DNA from: Patescibacteria group bacterium
GTDB taxonomy: Bacteria > Patescibacteriota > CPR2 > UBA1875 > CAIMLA01
Assembly (NCBI GenBank): GCA_041738615.1
Contig: JBGSPL010000002.1
Coordinates: 10,654-74,653, forward strand
Direction of reading: 5' to 3'
Length of the DNA stretch: 64,000 nucleotides
In this document: positions 15,221 through 23,619 of the stretch, one piece after another
Position numbering within the stretch: position 1 is the first letter of the stretch
Layout: the number at the start of each line of letters is the position of its first letter
Notes under the pieces: generated by a model
What the model saw: the letters and a program-made list of their open reading frames with translations, nothing else
Databases searched by the model: none
Told to the model about the DNA's origin: nothing
Program-made: the position numbers and the translations under genes

Positions 15221-18058
15221 TTATTTCTGTCGTTTCTTTCCTTCCATTATATCCTTGATCTCTGCTACGGTGTCAGGTCTAAAGTTAGTAGCTCCAATCT
15301 CTGGATCTGTGGCGGCTTTGTACAGCTTGGTCATACGAGGAGCACCTTTTTTCTTTATCAGTTCGCTAGCCTGGAGGGGCGAAATATTAGAAGTGAACTC
15401 ATTTGCCAAGCCAGCCATGAGAACGTCTTGATCGCCTCCTGCTATGCTCCTGGTATCTAGCCCCCCATTTTTAATCTGATCGTTTTGGGCATCAACTTGG
15501 CCTCTCAGTTCTTTGGTTATTGGTTTGGCATAGTTTAATAGTCCACCAATTTCTGCCCCAGTAGATGCTGAAAGATCTCCATCTATCATCTTCTTTGCGG
15601 CCTTCCTTCTGAAGTCGGCAGTGACAGAATCGTTTTGACTACCAAAAATAAGTTCCTTGTGACTCTTGATGCCAAGGTTCTTCATGGCGTCACTCTTACC
15701 GATAAACTCATCAAATAGTCCCTGTGCACCCTGCTCGTTACCGTCTTTGTCAAGTACTGTGTTACCACCAAAGCGCTTCAATTCATTGGCATCCATGTCG
15801 AGTAGCCCTCGGCGCATTAGTTCTGTTGCCGCAGCCTCACGCGTATATTGGTCATGCTGTTTTCCTGTAAAAGACATAAGTTTTTCTTTTGAGGTACTTT
15901 CGTCGCCCATACCTGCGGCAGCATGGTGGGCTGCCACAGTTGCTACGTGGAGGTTATTTGCGGCCATTTGCCCTCTATTGCCGGCGACTCCTGTTGTGGC
16001 CCACGTAGAACCCGGGATGTTACTATTCGCGAGCTTATCCTGGAAGCCGAGCAGGTGGGCCTTGTCCTCTGCGGCTTGGTTCGCTCTTCTGTTTTCGAAA
16101 AAGCCCTTACCCTTACCAAGCATACGATTGACGGAGTACTTCCCTCCCACGCGGGTAGCTGCCCAGCCGGCACCTTTCAGGGCATTCCCCCCCGTAGCGC
16201 CCCAGAGTTTCTTGCCTGCGCCACTCCAGGATTTCATAATGCTGCCACCCCATTGCATAGGGAGAGTGGCAGCCATATATAGAGCAGCCGCAAAGATGAT
16301 TAGTCCTACCAAAGCACCCGTTCTGCCGGAAGAGCTGAAATCAGCAAGGGCAGCAGACGAGGTGAGGTCACTTGCTCCTTCATAACCGGCGCTGCTAGCT
16401 ATTAAGCCTCCGAGAGCAATGATTGCCATAGCGATCGGCCCCATGAACATCCACTTGAAGAATTCACTCCACCACTGCTTATACATATTGGCGGTGAATG
16501 GCATGATGTTTAGGATAAAGGCAAGCGGAGCTACTACTAGCAGGAAGCTAAGCATGACCATACGTATCAGAAGAGTAAAGAGTAGTACGATGCCACATGC
16601 GATGACTCCGAGCAGAATCACGATTACCATAATCAGTATGCCAAGGTTTGCTATAATGTCCCCCGTAGAGGGTGCGGATATGCTGAAGGAAGACAAAGTC
16701 CCTAGAATGTCTATGCCCCCAGCGAGACCTACGGCCTGGGCTTGTATCGCAGCGGTAAAGTCAAAAAAAAAGACTACGATAATCCAGCTAGCGTATGCCA
16801 TGACTATAGAAATGATGATACGGGGGATCATACGAGTAACGCCGTACTGCTCTAGGTTAATTTGCAGTACATTGGCAAAGGCAATAATAACGAGTGCCAT
16901 CACTAGCAGGGATAGTGCTACGTTCCTTACGCTGATCCATGGCCCCCGCATAGTTACCTCTTTGGCATTCCCGATATCTGCACCGACCTTGCCAACAACA
17001 AGGTCTGCAGTCCCAAGAAGCAAGGCATTGATTTGTTTCATGACAAACCCCAGGGTCGTTTCGACGCCGCTCATCACCCACTTGATAGCGTTGGAGATAG
17101 CCTTGTCTAGGGGGGAGTCAGTTTCTTGGGAAACAGTTATCCGAAACCCTGTGTACTTTTCGTCGGTATCAGGCAGTTGCTTACCGCCAATTGGAGATTT
17201 TGCCTCAGTGGTATCATTCTTGTCGGAAATTGTTACTTTTGCGTAGCCACCCTTTACGTAACTCAAGTGAAATGTTATTTCCCCAGTCAGAGTTGCAGTA
17301 CAGGAGATTTGGTCAGCTCCTCCACCCTTCATTTCTTTAGAGACGCAGTCGGCATGTTCAGAATATTTAAACTTTATCGTATAGTCGTCCTCGTAGATGC
17401 CTTTACCGCTGTTCATGGTTGGGATATCAAAAGACTGGAAATAGTATTTTCCACCTTCTTCATATACTTTCTTATTGCCAGTCGAGATCTTACCGCTCGT
17501 TTTGCTCCAAAGCTCGATCGTCCTGTCCTTCATTTGGACGGCATTGTTTTCGTTTACGCTGTCGTCAGGGATAAGCTGTCCTGTTATTTTGCCCTTTGTA
17601 ATAAGTTTTACTGGGGCCGACGCAACATCTTCGGGGTCGGAGATGGTAATTTTAACTGGCCTGCCGCCATTGCGATCTGTGTAAGTATAGGTACCGGTCA
17701 AGGGGTCCTCTGGGTCATATGCAATTATGGACCCCCATTGAGGGTTGGTTTTTTGTTCAAACTGCTCCACTAGCTGTTCATTAACATAACCATTTGAGCC
17801 GGCATTTGCCCAACCCTGGCTTAGAGCAGCGAGGCGCGGGCTTGTTATCGACAAAAACTTCGTGCCGCCACTAGGGCAATCAATTTCTTCTAGGCTGACC
17901 CAAACACAAGTAAAGCTTGATGAGCCGTCTGGAATCGCTGGTTCTTGCCCGGTGTTGTAAGTTTGAGCATGAGTAAAAAGCGGAAATACTAACGCAAACA
18001 ACAAAAAAGCACATATTTCTTTATAAAATACTGGCTTATTTGAAAACAACTTAGGCAC
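15221..18058 (-). CDS. VirB6/PrgH/TcpH-like polytopic T4SS channel protein (945 aa)
   Basis: Signal peptide, ~350 aa ectodomain, then 6 or more TM helices and a Gly/Ala-rich cytoplasmic tail. Position matches the Gram-positive T4SS gene order. Confidence 0.55.
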   Translation of the reverse strand: MPKLFSNKPVFYKEICAFLLFALVFPLFTHAQTYNTGQEPAIPDGSSSFTCVWVSLEEIDCPSGGTKFLSITSPRLAALSQGWANAGSNGYVNEQLVEQFEQKTNPQWGSIIAYDPEDPLTGTYTYTDRNGGRPVKITISDPEDVASAPVKLITKGKITGQLIPDDSVNENNAVQMKDRTIELWSKTSGKISTGNKKVYEEGGKYYFQSFDIPTMNSGKGIYEDDYTIKFKYSEHADCVSKEMKGGGADQISCTATLTGEITFHLSYVKGGYAKVTISDKNDTTEAKSPIGGKQLPDTDEKYTGFRITVSQETDSPLDKAISNAIKWVMSGVETTLGFVMKQINALLLGTADLVVGKVGADIGNAKEVTMRGPWISVRNVALSLLVMALVIIAFANVLQINLEQYGVTRMIPRIIISIVMAYASWIIVVFFFDFTAAIQAQAVGLAGGIDILGTLSSFSISAPSTGDIIANLGILIMVIVILLGVIACGIVLLFTLLIRMVMLSFLLVVAPLAFILNIMPFTANMYKQWWSEFFKWMFMGPIAMAIIALGGLIASSAGYEGASDLTSSAALADFSSSGRTGALVGLIIFAAALYMAATLPMQWGGSIMKSWSGAGKKLWGATGGNALKGAGWAATRVGGKYSVNRMLGKGKGFFENRRANQAAEDKAHLLGFQDKLANSNIPGSTWATTGVAGNRGQMAANNLHVATVAAHHAAAGMGDESTSKEKLMSFTGKQHDQYTREAAATELMRRGLLDMDANELKRFGGNTVLDKDGNEQGAQGLFDEFIGKSDAMKNLGIKSHKELIFGSQNDSVTADFRRKAAKKMIDGDLSASTGAEIGGLLNYAKPITKELRGQVDAQNDQIKNGGLDTRSIAGGDQDVLMAGLANEFTSNISPLQASELIKKKGAPRMTKLYKAATDPEIGATNFRPDTVAEIKDIMEGKKRQK

Positions 18059-18120
18059 CCTCCTTTGTTGAATTTATTATGAAGTATTTGATGAGCTCTT
18101 GCAAGGCTCAAAACGCGAAA

Positions 18121-18150
18121 GCGGCCACCACGGGATTCCGTGGTGGCCGC
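18121..18150. terminator. Perfect 13-bp-stem hairpin downstream of the high-GC ORF
   Basis: GCGGCCACCACGG gatt CCGTGGTGGCCGC, followed on the minus strand by a T-rich tract. Confidence 0.55.
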
Positions 18151-18171
18151 TAGGTGATGCCCGCGAAGCTG

Positions 18172-18618
18172 TTACTCGAGTATCTCTACCCATTTACCAT
18201 CGCGCTTTACGAGTGCCGAGATGCCGTGAGTCCCGTCAGCGCCGCTCCACTTGTAGACAGCCGTCGGTTCGTTGTCGACGGTGACGGTAATGCAGCGGAC
18301 CATGTCATCGGCGACCTGCTCGGCGAAACCGCCGGTGTAGAAGAAGTCCTGGATGTCGGTATCGGTCGCAGGGCGGAATTCCACGATTTCTGCGGTTGTG
18401 AATTCATGGATCTTCTGCCGTGCAAAAGGCTCGGCTTCTCGCAACAAAGCCTGCCTGTCGAGGGACTTCTTCGCCTCAGCGGCTTTGTTAGCACCAGCCT
18501 CGATTGCCTGGTTTGCCGTTTCTCCCGCTGGCTTCACGACTTCCTTGTAAAGGTAGGTCCCGAAGCCAAGTATGACGACTATGCCCACGAGGTAGACGAA
18601 CCACTTCGGGATCGCCAT
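18172..18618 (-). CDS. Hypothetical TM-anchored protein encoded in a ~60% GC islet inside the T4SS locus
   Basis: Probable start MAIPKWFVYLVGIVVILGF (TM helix) followed by a soluble domain. The plus-strand ORF 18154..18708 is judged a high-GC antisense artefact. Confidence 0.4.
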   Translation of the reverse strand: MAIPKWFVYLVGIVVILGFGTYLYKEVVKPAGETANQAIEAGANKAAEAKKSLDRQALLREAEPFARQKIHEFTTAEIVEFRPATDTDIQDFFYTGGFAEQVADDMVRCITVTVDNEPTAVYKWSGADGTHGISALVKRDGKWVEILE

Positions 18619-18837
18619 GGTTCCTCTGTGCTGGCTACCCGCAGGGCTTCCGTTCAAGTCGACCATGACAGCCTCCCTTGGTTTTGGCCCCCGCGGGGGC
18701 GGTGCTAGCGGACAATATACTTCCACGGCTACACATTTGTGAGCGCGTTGTTGCCTTGCTTGCCGCTATAATACAACAAAATTGGCGATATGGCAATGGT
18801 TTCTGTGAAGCCGGCAAACAAATTGATAAAATGAAAA

Positions 18838-18857
18838 AGCCGGCGAGCGCCGGCTTT
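18838..18857. terminator. Hairpin terminator after pilin gene 1 (minus) / bidirectional
   Basis: AAGCCGGC gagc GCCGGCTT, with TTTTTCATTTT on the minus strand. Confidence 0.55.
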
Positions 18858-18873
18858 AAAAGAGCAGAAGTGT

Positions 18874-19227
18874 TTAGTTAGTGATTACGCCACCTATGTT
18901 CTGGCGGATAAATCCAACGATGACGAACGATAGTAGGATCACTACAAGCCCGACGACTGCGTAAAGGATGGTACTCTTTGCGGCTTCGGCACGCTTCTCG
19001 TTGCCTGACGCAGTGATGTACTGTAGGCCGCCTACAATCAGGAAGAGCACAGCTACTACAGCCGAGAATCCTAGTACCCATCCGACGATGTCAGCAAGTA
19101 CCTTCCCGATAGTCAGTGAGCTGTCGTCCACTGTTATGGGAGTGATTGAGCTTGGTGTTTCTGCAAAGGCAGGGGTTGCTGCGAGTAGAGCGAAAGCAGC
19201 CAGGCTGATTTGATTTAGTTTTTTCAT
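18874..19227 (-). CDS. VirB2/TrbC-like T4SS pilin paralog 1
   Basis: Signal peptide plus two TM helices with a conserved GGLQYITASGNEKRAEAAKSTILYAVVGL core shared by all five paralogs. Confidence 0.7.
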   Translation of the reverse strand: MKKLNQISLAAFALLAATPAFAETPSSITPITVDDSSLTIGKVLADIVGWVLGFSAVVAVLFLIVGGLQYITASGNEKRAEAAKSTILYAVVGLVVILLSFVIVGFIRQNIGGVITN

Positions 19228-19255
19228 GTTTCCTCCGTTGTTTATATATTAACTT

Positions 19256-19642
19256 TTAGGACGCTTTTGTTATTGGTATCATGGCTTGAACTACTAGCTG
19301 CACTATCACATATGCTAGTAGTATTACTATAAGTCCCAGCACTGCGTAGGTCAAGGTTTGCTTGGCAGATTCTGCCTGCTTCTCGTTTCCTGCTGCTGTG
19401 ATGTACTGGATGCCGCCCCAAATGATGAAAAGAACTGCAATGGTTCCAGCAAATCCTAGTATCCAGGTTGTAATGTTGCTGATTATTTTGGCAAGGTCGG
19501 ACGTAGTTCCAGTCCCATCTGAGCCACAGGGTGTGATCTCACCGGTTACCCTGTTATACCCACATGCCGCCTGTGTTACTACTGGAGTAAGTGAAGTGAC
19601 ACCCCCGAGGGCAAGTAGCGACAATTTAGAGTTTAGTGACAT
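19256..19642 (-). CDS. VirB2/TrbC-like pilin paralog 2
   Basis: Core GGIQYITAAGNEKQAESAKQTLTYAVLGL. Confidence 0.7.
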   Translation of the reverse strand: MSLNSKLSLLALGGVTSLTPVVTQAACGYNRVTGEITPCGSDGTGTTSDLAKIISNITTWILGFAGTIAVLFIIWGGIQYITAAGNEKQAESAKQTLTYAVLGLIVILLAYVIVQLVVQAMIPITKAS

Positions 19643-19662
19643 GGTTTGTACCTCCTTATTGT

Positions 19663-20007
19663 TTAGTATGGCATCGAGCCGGAGAATACTGCACCAACAA
19701 AATCCCCAGCTATAATGTTTAATATTACGGTTGATAGTAGAACTGCAATTAATCCAATAATAGCATAAGTGAGGGTTTTTTTTGCATCCTCTAAACGTTT
19801 GGGGTTACCGGCAGAAGTCACTAGCTTCACGCCACCAATAACGATAAAGAGCACCGCTATAGCGCCGGCGATTCCCAGCAGCCAGGTACGAACAAATTTT
19901 AGAAATCCATCTAGGCTAGTGCCTTTGTATGTGTCTAGTTTGGCCGCGAAAGAGTAGCTGGGCATGGCTGCAACCGCAATATATAGCATTAGACTTAGCT
20001 TCTTCAT
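19663..20007 (-). CDS. VirB2/TrbC-like pilin paralog 3
   Basis: Core GGVKLVTSAGNPKRLEDAKKTLTYAIIGL. Confidence 0.7.
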   Translation of the reverse strand: MKKLSLMLYIAVAAMPSYSFAAKLDTYKGTSLDGFLKFVRTWLLGIAGAIAVLFIVIGGVKLVTSAGNPKRLEDAKKTLTYAIIGLIAVLLSTVILNIIAGDFVGAVFSGSMPY

Positions 20008-21182
20008 TATAATATCCCTCCACCAATTACCGATGCAAACAGTGAGACGATGAAGTACGAGAGGATAGTGATGAGTAATCCGATAATAGCTGCAGTTAGT
20101 ATCCCCTTTGCCTTGGTCGCCGTCTGTTCGTTTCCGTTAGATCCCATATAGGTAATCCCGCCCAAGATTATCATGATTGTGAATAGTGTTCCTACGATGG
20201 GTAGGAGGACATTATTCATAACATTCTTCACTACCTGTAATACCTCTTTCAGCTCTGTAATAGGTTTGTCGCAGGGTACGCCTGCCAGTATACCGTTGGT
20301 ATAGTAGGTTCCATCGCCTACGCCATCGCCGCACTTGGTCTCTGCATAGTCTGCAGTTTGCGTTTTTGCAGTAGCACTAGCAGAGGCCGGTCCGGAGTCG
20401 TCTTTGGGTGTGGCACCGCTACTACCGCCACTGTCACCACCATCACCACTGTCATCTTTGCCCGCATCAAGAACCTCACTGTCTTTTGGAGGAGTGTCGC
20501 CCTTTTTGCAGGATACTAGCTCTGGATTACTGAGGGTTCCAGTGTATTTGCAGCTATAGGTCGCACCAATGTCGGTGGACTTGGGGTCCCAAGCATAGTT
20601 TGAGTTAGAAAGACTTCTTCCCAGTAAAAGTGAACTTCCAGATGAAGGATTTACCCTATAAACCGTGGTCCCGGTGGAGGAATACTTCTCTAGCTTACCT
20701 TTGACTGGTCCCTTAACCTCTGGGATTGGGCAGACTGCGCAAGTACCCCCTCCCGATTTACTCCAGCTGTACACAACAAGATATCGTAAGCTCAGCTTGA
20801 AGGTTGGATTGCCACAGATAGTCTGATTAGTATATTGTTTTTGGCCTGTAGTACGAGCGTTGCCACCCAAGGACCCATTGGCTTCATAGGTAATCGTCCA
20901 TCCCACATCATTGATCTCAGGACTGTTACAGCGGTAGATTTTTTTTGTAAAGATAAAATACGACCCCTCTGTACGAGAATATATCGCACCATAGGATACG
21001 TTGCTCTTCGTTATCTTTACGACAACGTCACTTGAATTGTAACTATTTACAGGCACTTTAACAGTAACAGTGGTTTGTGTCATGACGGCGGCATTGCTTG
21101 AGCTTGGAGCCAAAATAAAACAAAACGCAATTGCAAAGTACAGCAAGATACGGTTTAGTTTTGCGTACTTTAATTCACCCAT
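20007..21182 (-). CDS. Pilin-fusion protein: ~300 aa Cys-containing beta-rich N-terminal domain, Gly/Ser/Asp linker, C-terminal VirB2-like pilin module
   Basis: C-terminus GGITYMGSNGNEQTATKAKGILTAAIIGL matches the pilin core. The N-terminal domain has a signal peptide and several Cys. Confidence 0.6.
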   Translation of the reverse strand: MGELKYAKLNRILLYFAIAFCFILAPSSSNAAVMTQTTVTVKVPVNSYNSSDVVVKITKSNVSYGAIYSRTEGSYFIFTKKIYRCNSPEINDVGWTITYEANGSLGGNARTTGQKQYTNQTICGNPTFKLSLRYLVVYSWSKSGGGTCAVCPIPEVKGPVKGKLEKYSSTGTTVYRVNPSSGSSLLLGRSLSNSNYAWDPKSTDIGATYSCKYTGTLSNPELVSCKKGDTPPKDSEVLDAGKDDSGDGGDSGGSSGATPKDDSGPASASATAKTQTADYAETKCGDGVGDGTYYTNGILAGVPCDKPITELKEVLQVVKNVMNNVLLPIVGTLFTIMIILGGITYMGSNGNEQTATKAKGILTAAIIGLLITILSYFIVSLFASVIGGGIL

Positions 21183-21547
21183 GGTACCCCCACCACATAT
21201 TGTAAAAAGAATCTACCGAGAACTATGACCGCTACTCCCGAAAGGGCTCCAAACATCAACTTCTTCGAAAGCTCTATCTGCTTACTATTACCCGCACTGC
21301 CCATATATATAATACCGGCCGCAATGAGAACTACGGTAGCGAGGAGCAAGATGGCGGTCTGTGACCAGCTAAAAACTTTTGCGATGTAGGCTGTAAGAGC
21401 CTCGTTGTCATCGGGTTTAAGGCTCTTGAAAAGTCTGAATTCTACAGTTTCTGCGAATGCGAAGTGAGGAGACAGGAGAAGAAGCAACCCGCAGGTTGTG
21501 CTGGCAAGCTTTGTGCATCTGAGTGTGGCCAGGAGTTTTCTAACCAT
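21170..21547 (-). CDS. VirB2/TrbC-like pilin paralog 5
   Basis: Core AGIIYMGSAGNSKQIELSKKLMFGALSGV. Confidence 0.6.
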   Translation of the reverse strand: MVRKLLATLRCTKLASTTCGLLLLLSPHFAFAETVEFRLFKSLKPDDNEALTAYIAKVFSWSQTAILLLATVVLIAAGIIYMGSAGNSKQIELSKKLMFGALSGVAVIVLGRFFLQYVVGVPWVN

Positions 21548-21557
21548 AATTCCTCGT

Positions 21558-22019
21558 TTAGCTTACTTTGAGCTTACGTAGCTTGTTTGTCTCGGCTTTT
21601 GGCACGCGGATAGTTAGGATGCCCTTGGAAAAATCAGCCCTTGCCTCGTCAGCGAGCCCCTTCTTTGGCAATGTAATTGTACGAGAGAAAGACCCCCAGT
21701 AGCACTCTTGTGCGTGGTAAGAGCCTAGGTCTACCTCTTTGATTTCCTTGCGTTCGCCCCGGATGATGACAATCTCGTCGGTAACCGTGATGTCGATGTC
21801 GTCTCCGCCCACTCCAGCAATTGGGGCTTTGATCACGACGTCCTTAACCGTTTCATAGACATCAACGGCCAGCTGCCCGTCAAGTGCTGGCTCTTCGGGT
21901 GCCTCTACCAGGGGGCCTTCCAGCCAATCTTCGGTCAGTATATTATCCTCGAGAAAAAAGCTCTCCTCTGTAACTGGGCTTGGAGCTGTTTTTACCTTTG
22001 GTTTTGGCATCATCATCAT
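21558..22019 (-). CDS. Small heat-shock protein, Hsp20/alpha-crystallin family
   Basis: ACD domain (GILTIRVPKAE C-terminal signature). Start at ATGATGATGATG with a GGAGGGG SD; the annotated longer ORF is an N-terminal over-extension. Confidence 0.85.
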   Translation of the reverse strand: MMMMPKPKVKTAPSPVTEESFFLEDNILTEDWLEGPLVEAPEEPALDGQLAVDVYETVKDVVIKAPIAGVGGDDIDITVTDEIVIIRGERKEIKEVDLGSYHAQECYWGSFSRTITLPKKGLADEARADFSKGILTIRVPKAETNKLRKLKVS

Positions 22020-22133
22020 TATGTCCCCTCCCTTAGTGTATTTGTTAAATCTATTGTGCCACGGGTAAATAATAATAGCAATAGGCAAAATATCCGTAAA
22101 AGCCAACTTTTGAGCACGAATTAGTTCAAAACT

Positions 22134-22220
22134 ATGCGGCCGCACAAGAATAGACTGGATGCGATATGTTGTAATGTTTGGATATTTAGCCACGAACCGC
22201 TCATTTGTATGCGGCCGCAT
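22134..22220. promoter_or_regulatory. Two copies of the palindrome ATGCGGCCGCA(T/C) in the Hsp20 / regulator divergent promoter region
   Basis: Copies at 22134-22145 and 22209-22220. The second overlaps the putative -35 of the regulator gene. Confidence 0.5.
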
Positions 22221-22278
22221 ATTATTAGACATTTACATTATCTGGGTATACTATAGTAGCAAGCTTGGGAGGGTGTTT

Positions 22279-22839
22279 ATGGTCAGCTCGCGTACAAAGG
22301 GTCGGATTCTGACCCGTATGATACTTATGACTCTAGCAGAAGCCGGCGGAGGCCTGGTGGAGTCATTTCTCGATCCTTACGGGAGGACTAGGTTTGCGAA
22401 CCAGTTTATCGAGAAAGGCAAGATTGATCGGATGCGCATGCGCAAGAAACTACTGGCCCTGGAAAAACAGGGTTTGCTTACGGTAAGGGAAAAGAAGAAC
22501 GAGATTACAATCTCCCTAGAGGCAGCAGGATTACTGCAGGCCCATAAATACAAGATCGAAGATATGAAGCTAGCGCGTCCTGACCACTGGGATCGCAAAT
22601 GGCGTATGGTTCTCTTTGACGTTCCGGAGGAAAGCCGTTCGGTGCGTAATATCTTCAAGAAGAAGCTCGACGATTTGGCCTTTGTGCAACTTCAACATAG
22701 CGTTTACGTACACCCTTACGCTTGCCATAACGAGATCGAATACATTCGTACGGCTTATGATATAAAACAATATGTGAAGATGGTAATCGTCGACAAGATA
22801 GAGGGCGATACCGTGCTCCGTAAGCACTTCGATTTATAA
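22279..22839 (+). CDS. Winged-helix transcriptional regulator with a Cas2/PaaX-C-like C-terminal domain (PaaX-like)
   Basis: N-terminal wHTH-like region (ILTRMILMTLAEAGGG...LEKQGLL). C-terminal block WRMVLFDVPEESRSVRNIFKKKLDDLAFVQLQHSVYV. GGGAGGG SD. Confidence 0.4.
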   Translation: MVSSRTKGRILTRMILMTLAEAGGGLVESFLDPYGRTRFANQFIEKGKIDRMRMRKKLLALEKQGLLTVREKKNEITISLEAAGLLQAHKYKIEDMKLARPDHWDRKWRMVLFDVPEESRSVRNIFKKKLDDLAFVQLQHSVYVHPYACHNEIEYIRTAYDIKQYVKMVIVDKIEGDTVLRKHFDL

Positions 22840-22867
22840 CAGTTTTGGTCACAAATGGTCCGTTTCT

Positions 22868-22879
22868 ATGCGGCCGCAT
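22868..22879. promoter_or_regulatory. Third ATGCGGCCGCAT palindrome, upstream of comFC
   Basis: Exact 12-mer match; flanks (tctATGCGGCCGCATcatatta) resemble copy 2. Confidence 0.45.
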
Positions 22880-22962
22880 CATATTAAACAACACCGAGTG
22901 CAATTGTTGCTTTCGGGAGGTAATCCATAAAAGAGCTATTTGTCTACCTTGCAGAGAATGCC

Positions 22963-23619
22963 GTGGAGGCGATCTTCCCCTACAAGTGTAGTTGTGGAAA
23001 GTGGGGGAAACCTCTTTGCGAAGCCTGTTTTGCTGCCATCCATGATACAAAGTCAGAGCTTTGCCCATTCTGCAAGAGGCTTTCCGACTTTGGCCGTGTG
23101 TGTAGCTCCTGCCGACATAAATCAAACCTCACAGGTGTGATGGTGGTAGGGCCGCACGATGGAGTGCTAAAGTCCTCAATATGGAGGCTCAAGTACGGCC
23201 CTTTAAAGGCAATAGCGGAGCCTCTGGCCGAAATAGTGGTCACAAAGTATGGAGAATTTCTTCGAGAGAAACGATTCGTGGTTACCTTCGCTCCGGCAAG
23301 CAAATACAGGCTAAATTTACGGGGTTATAATCAAGCAGAAGAGCTTGCAACCATAGTTGCAGGGCAGTCGGGTCTCCAGGTGCAAAGTAGCATGACAAGG
23401 CCAAAAGATGTGCTGCACCAAGTGGGACTAACTCGTAAGGAGAGGCTAGAGAACGTGGTGGGTACCATTATTTATAGTGGCCCTAGCGAGCTTGTGAGTA
23501 AAAAGATCATAGTCATCGACGATGTTTATACCACAGGCGCAACACTAGAGGAGTGCGCTAAAGTGTTACGGGCAGCCGGATATAGGGAGGTGTGGGGACT
23601 GGTGCTGAGTAGGGACTAG
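22963..23619 (+). CDS. comFC: ComF family protein (ComFC, phosphoribosyltransferase-like competence protein)
   Basis: N-terminal Cys4 zinc finger; C-terminal PRTase motif IVIDDVYTTGATL. Confidence 0.7.
   Translation: MEAIFPYKCSCGKWGKPLCEACFAAIHDTKSELCPFCKRLSDFGRVCSSCRHKSNLTGVMVVGPHDGVLKSSIWRLKYGPLKAIAEPLAEIVVTKYGEFLREKRFVVTFAPASKYRLNLRGYNQAEELATIVAGQSGLQVQSSMTRPKDVLHQVGLTRKERLENVVGTIIYSGPSELVSKKIIVIDDVYTTGATLEECAKVLRAAGYREVWGLVLSRD

Noticed and set aside
15666-17773. Several 200-275 aa plus-strand ORFs across the VirB6-like gene
   Set aside because: Antisense to a well-supported 945-aa polytopic membrane protein. They are Ser/Pro/Ala-rich with no motifs.
18154-18708. Plus-strand 184-aa ORF in the high-GC islet
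   Set aside because: The overlapping minus-strand ORF has a convincing TM anchor plus a soluble domain and is followed by a terminator on its strand. The plus frame is Arg/Cys-rich nonsense.
7113-22019. T4SS locus as an integrative conjugative element
   Set aside because: No integrase, relaxase or coupling protein, and no direct repeats at the boundaries. GC matches the core genome except for the small islet. Interpreted as a chromosomal system.
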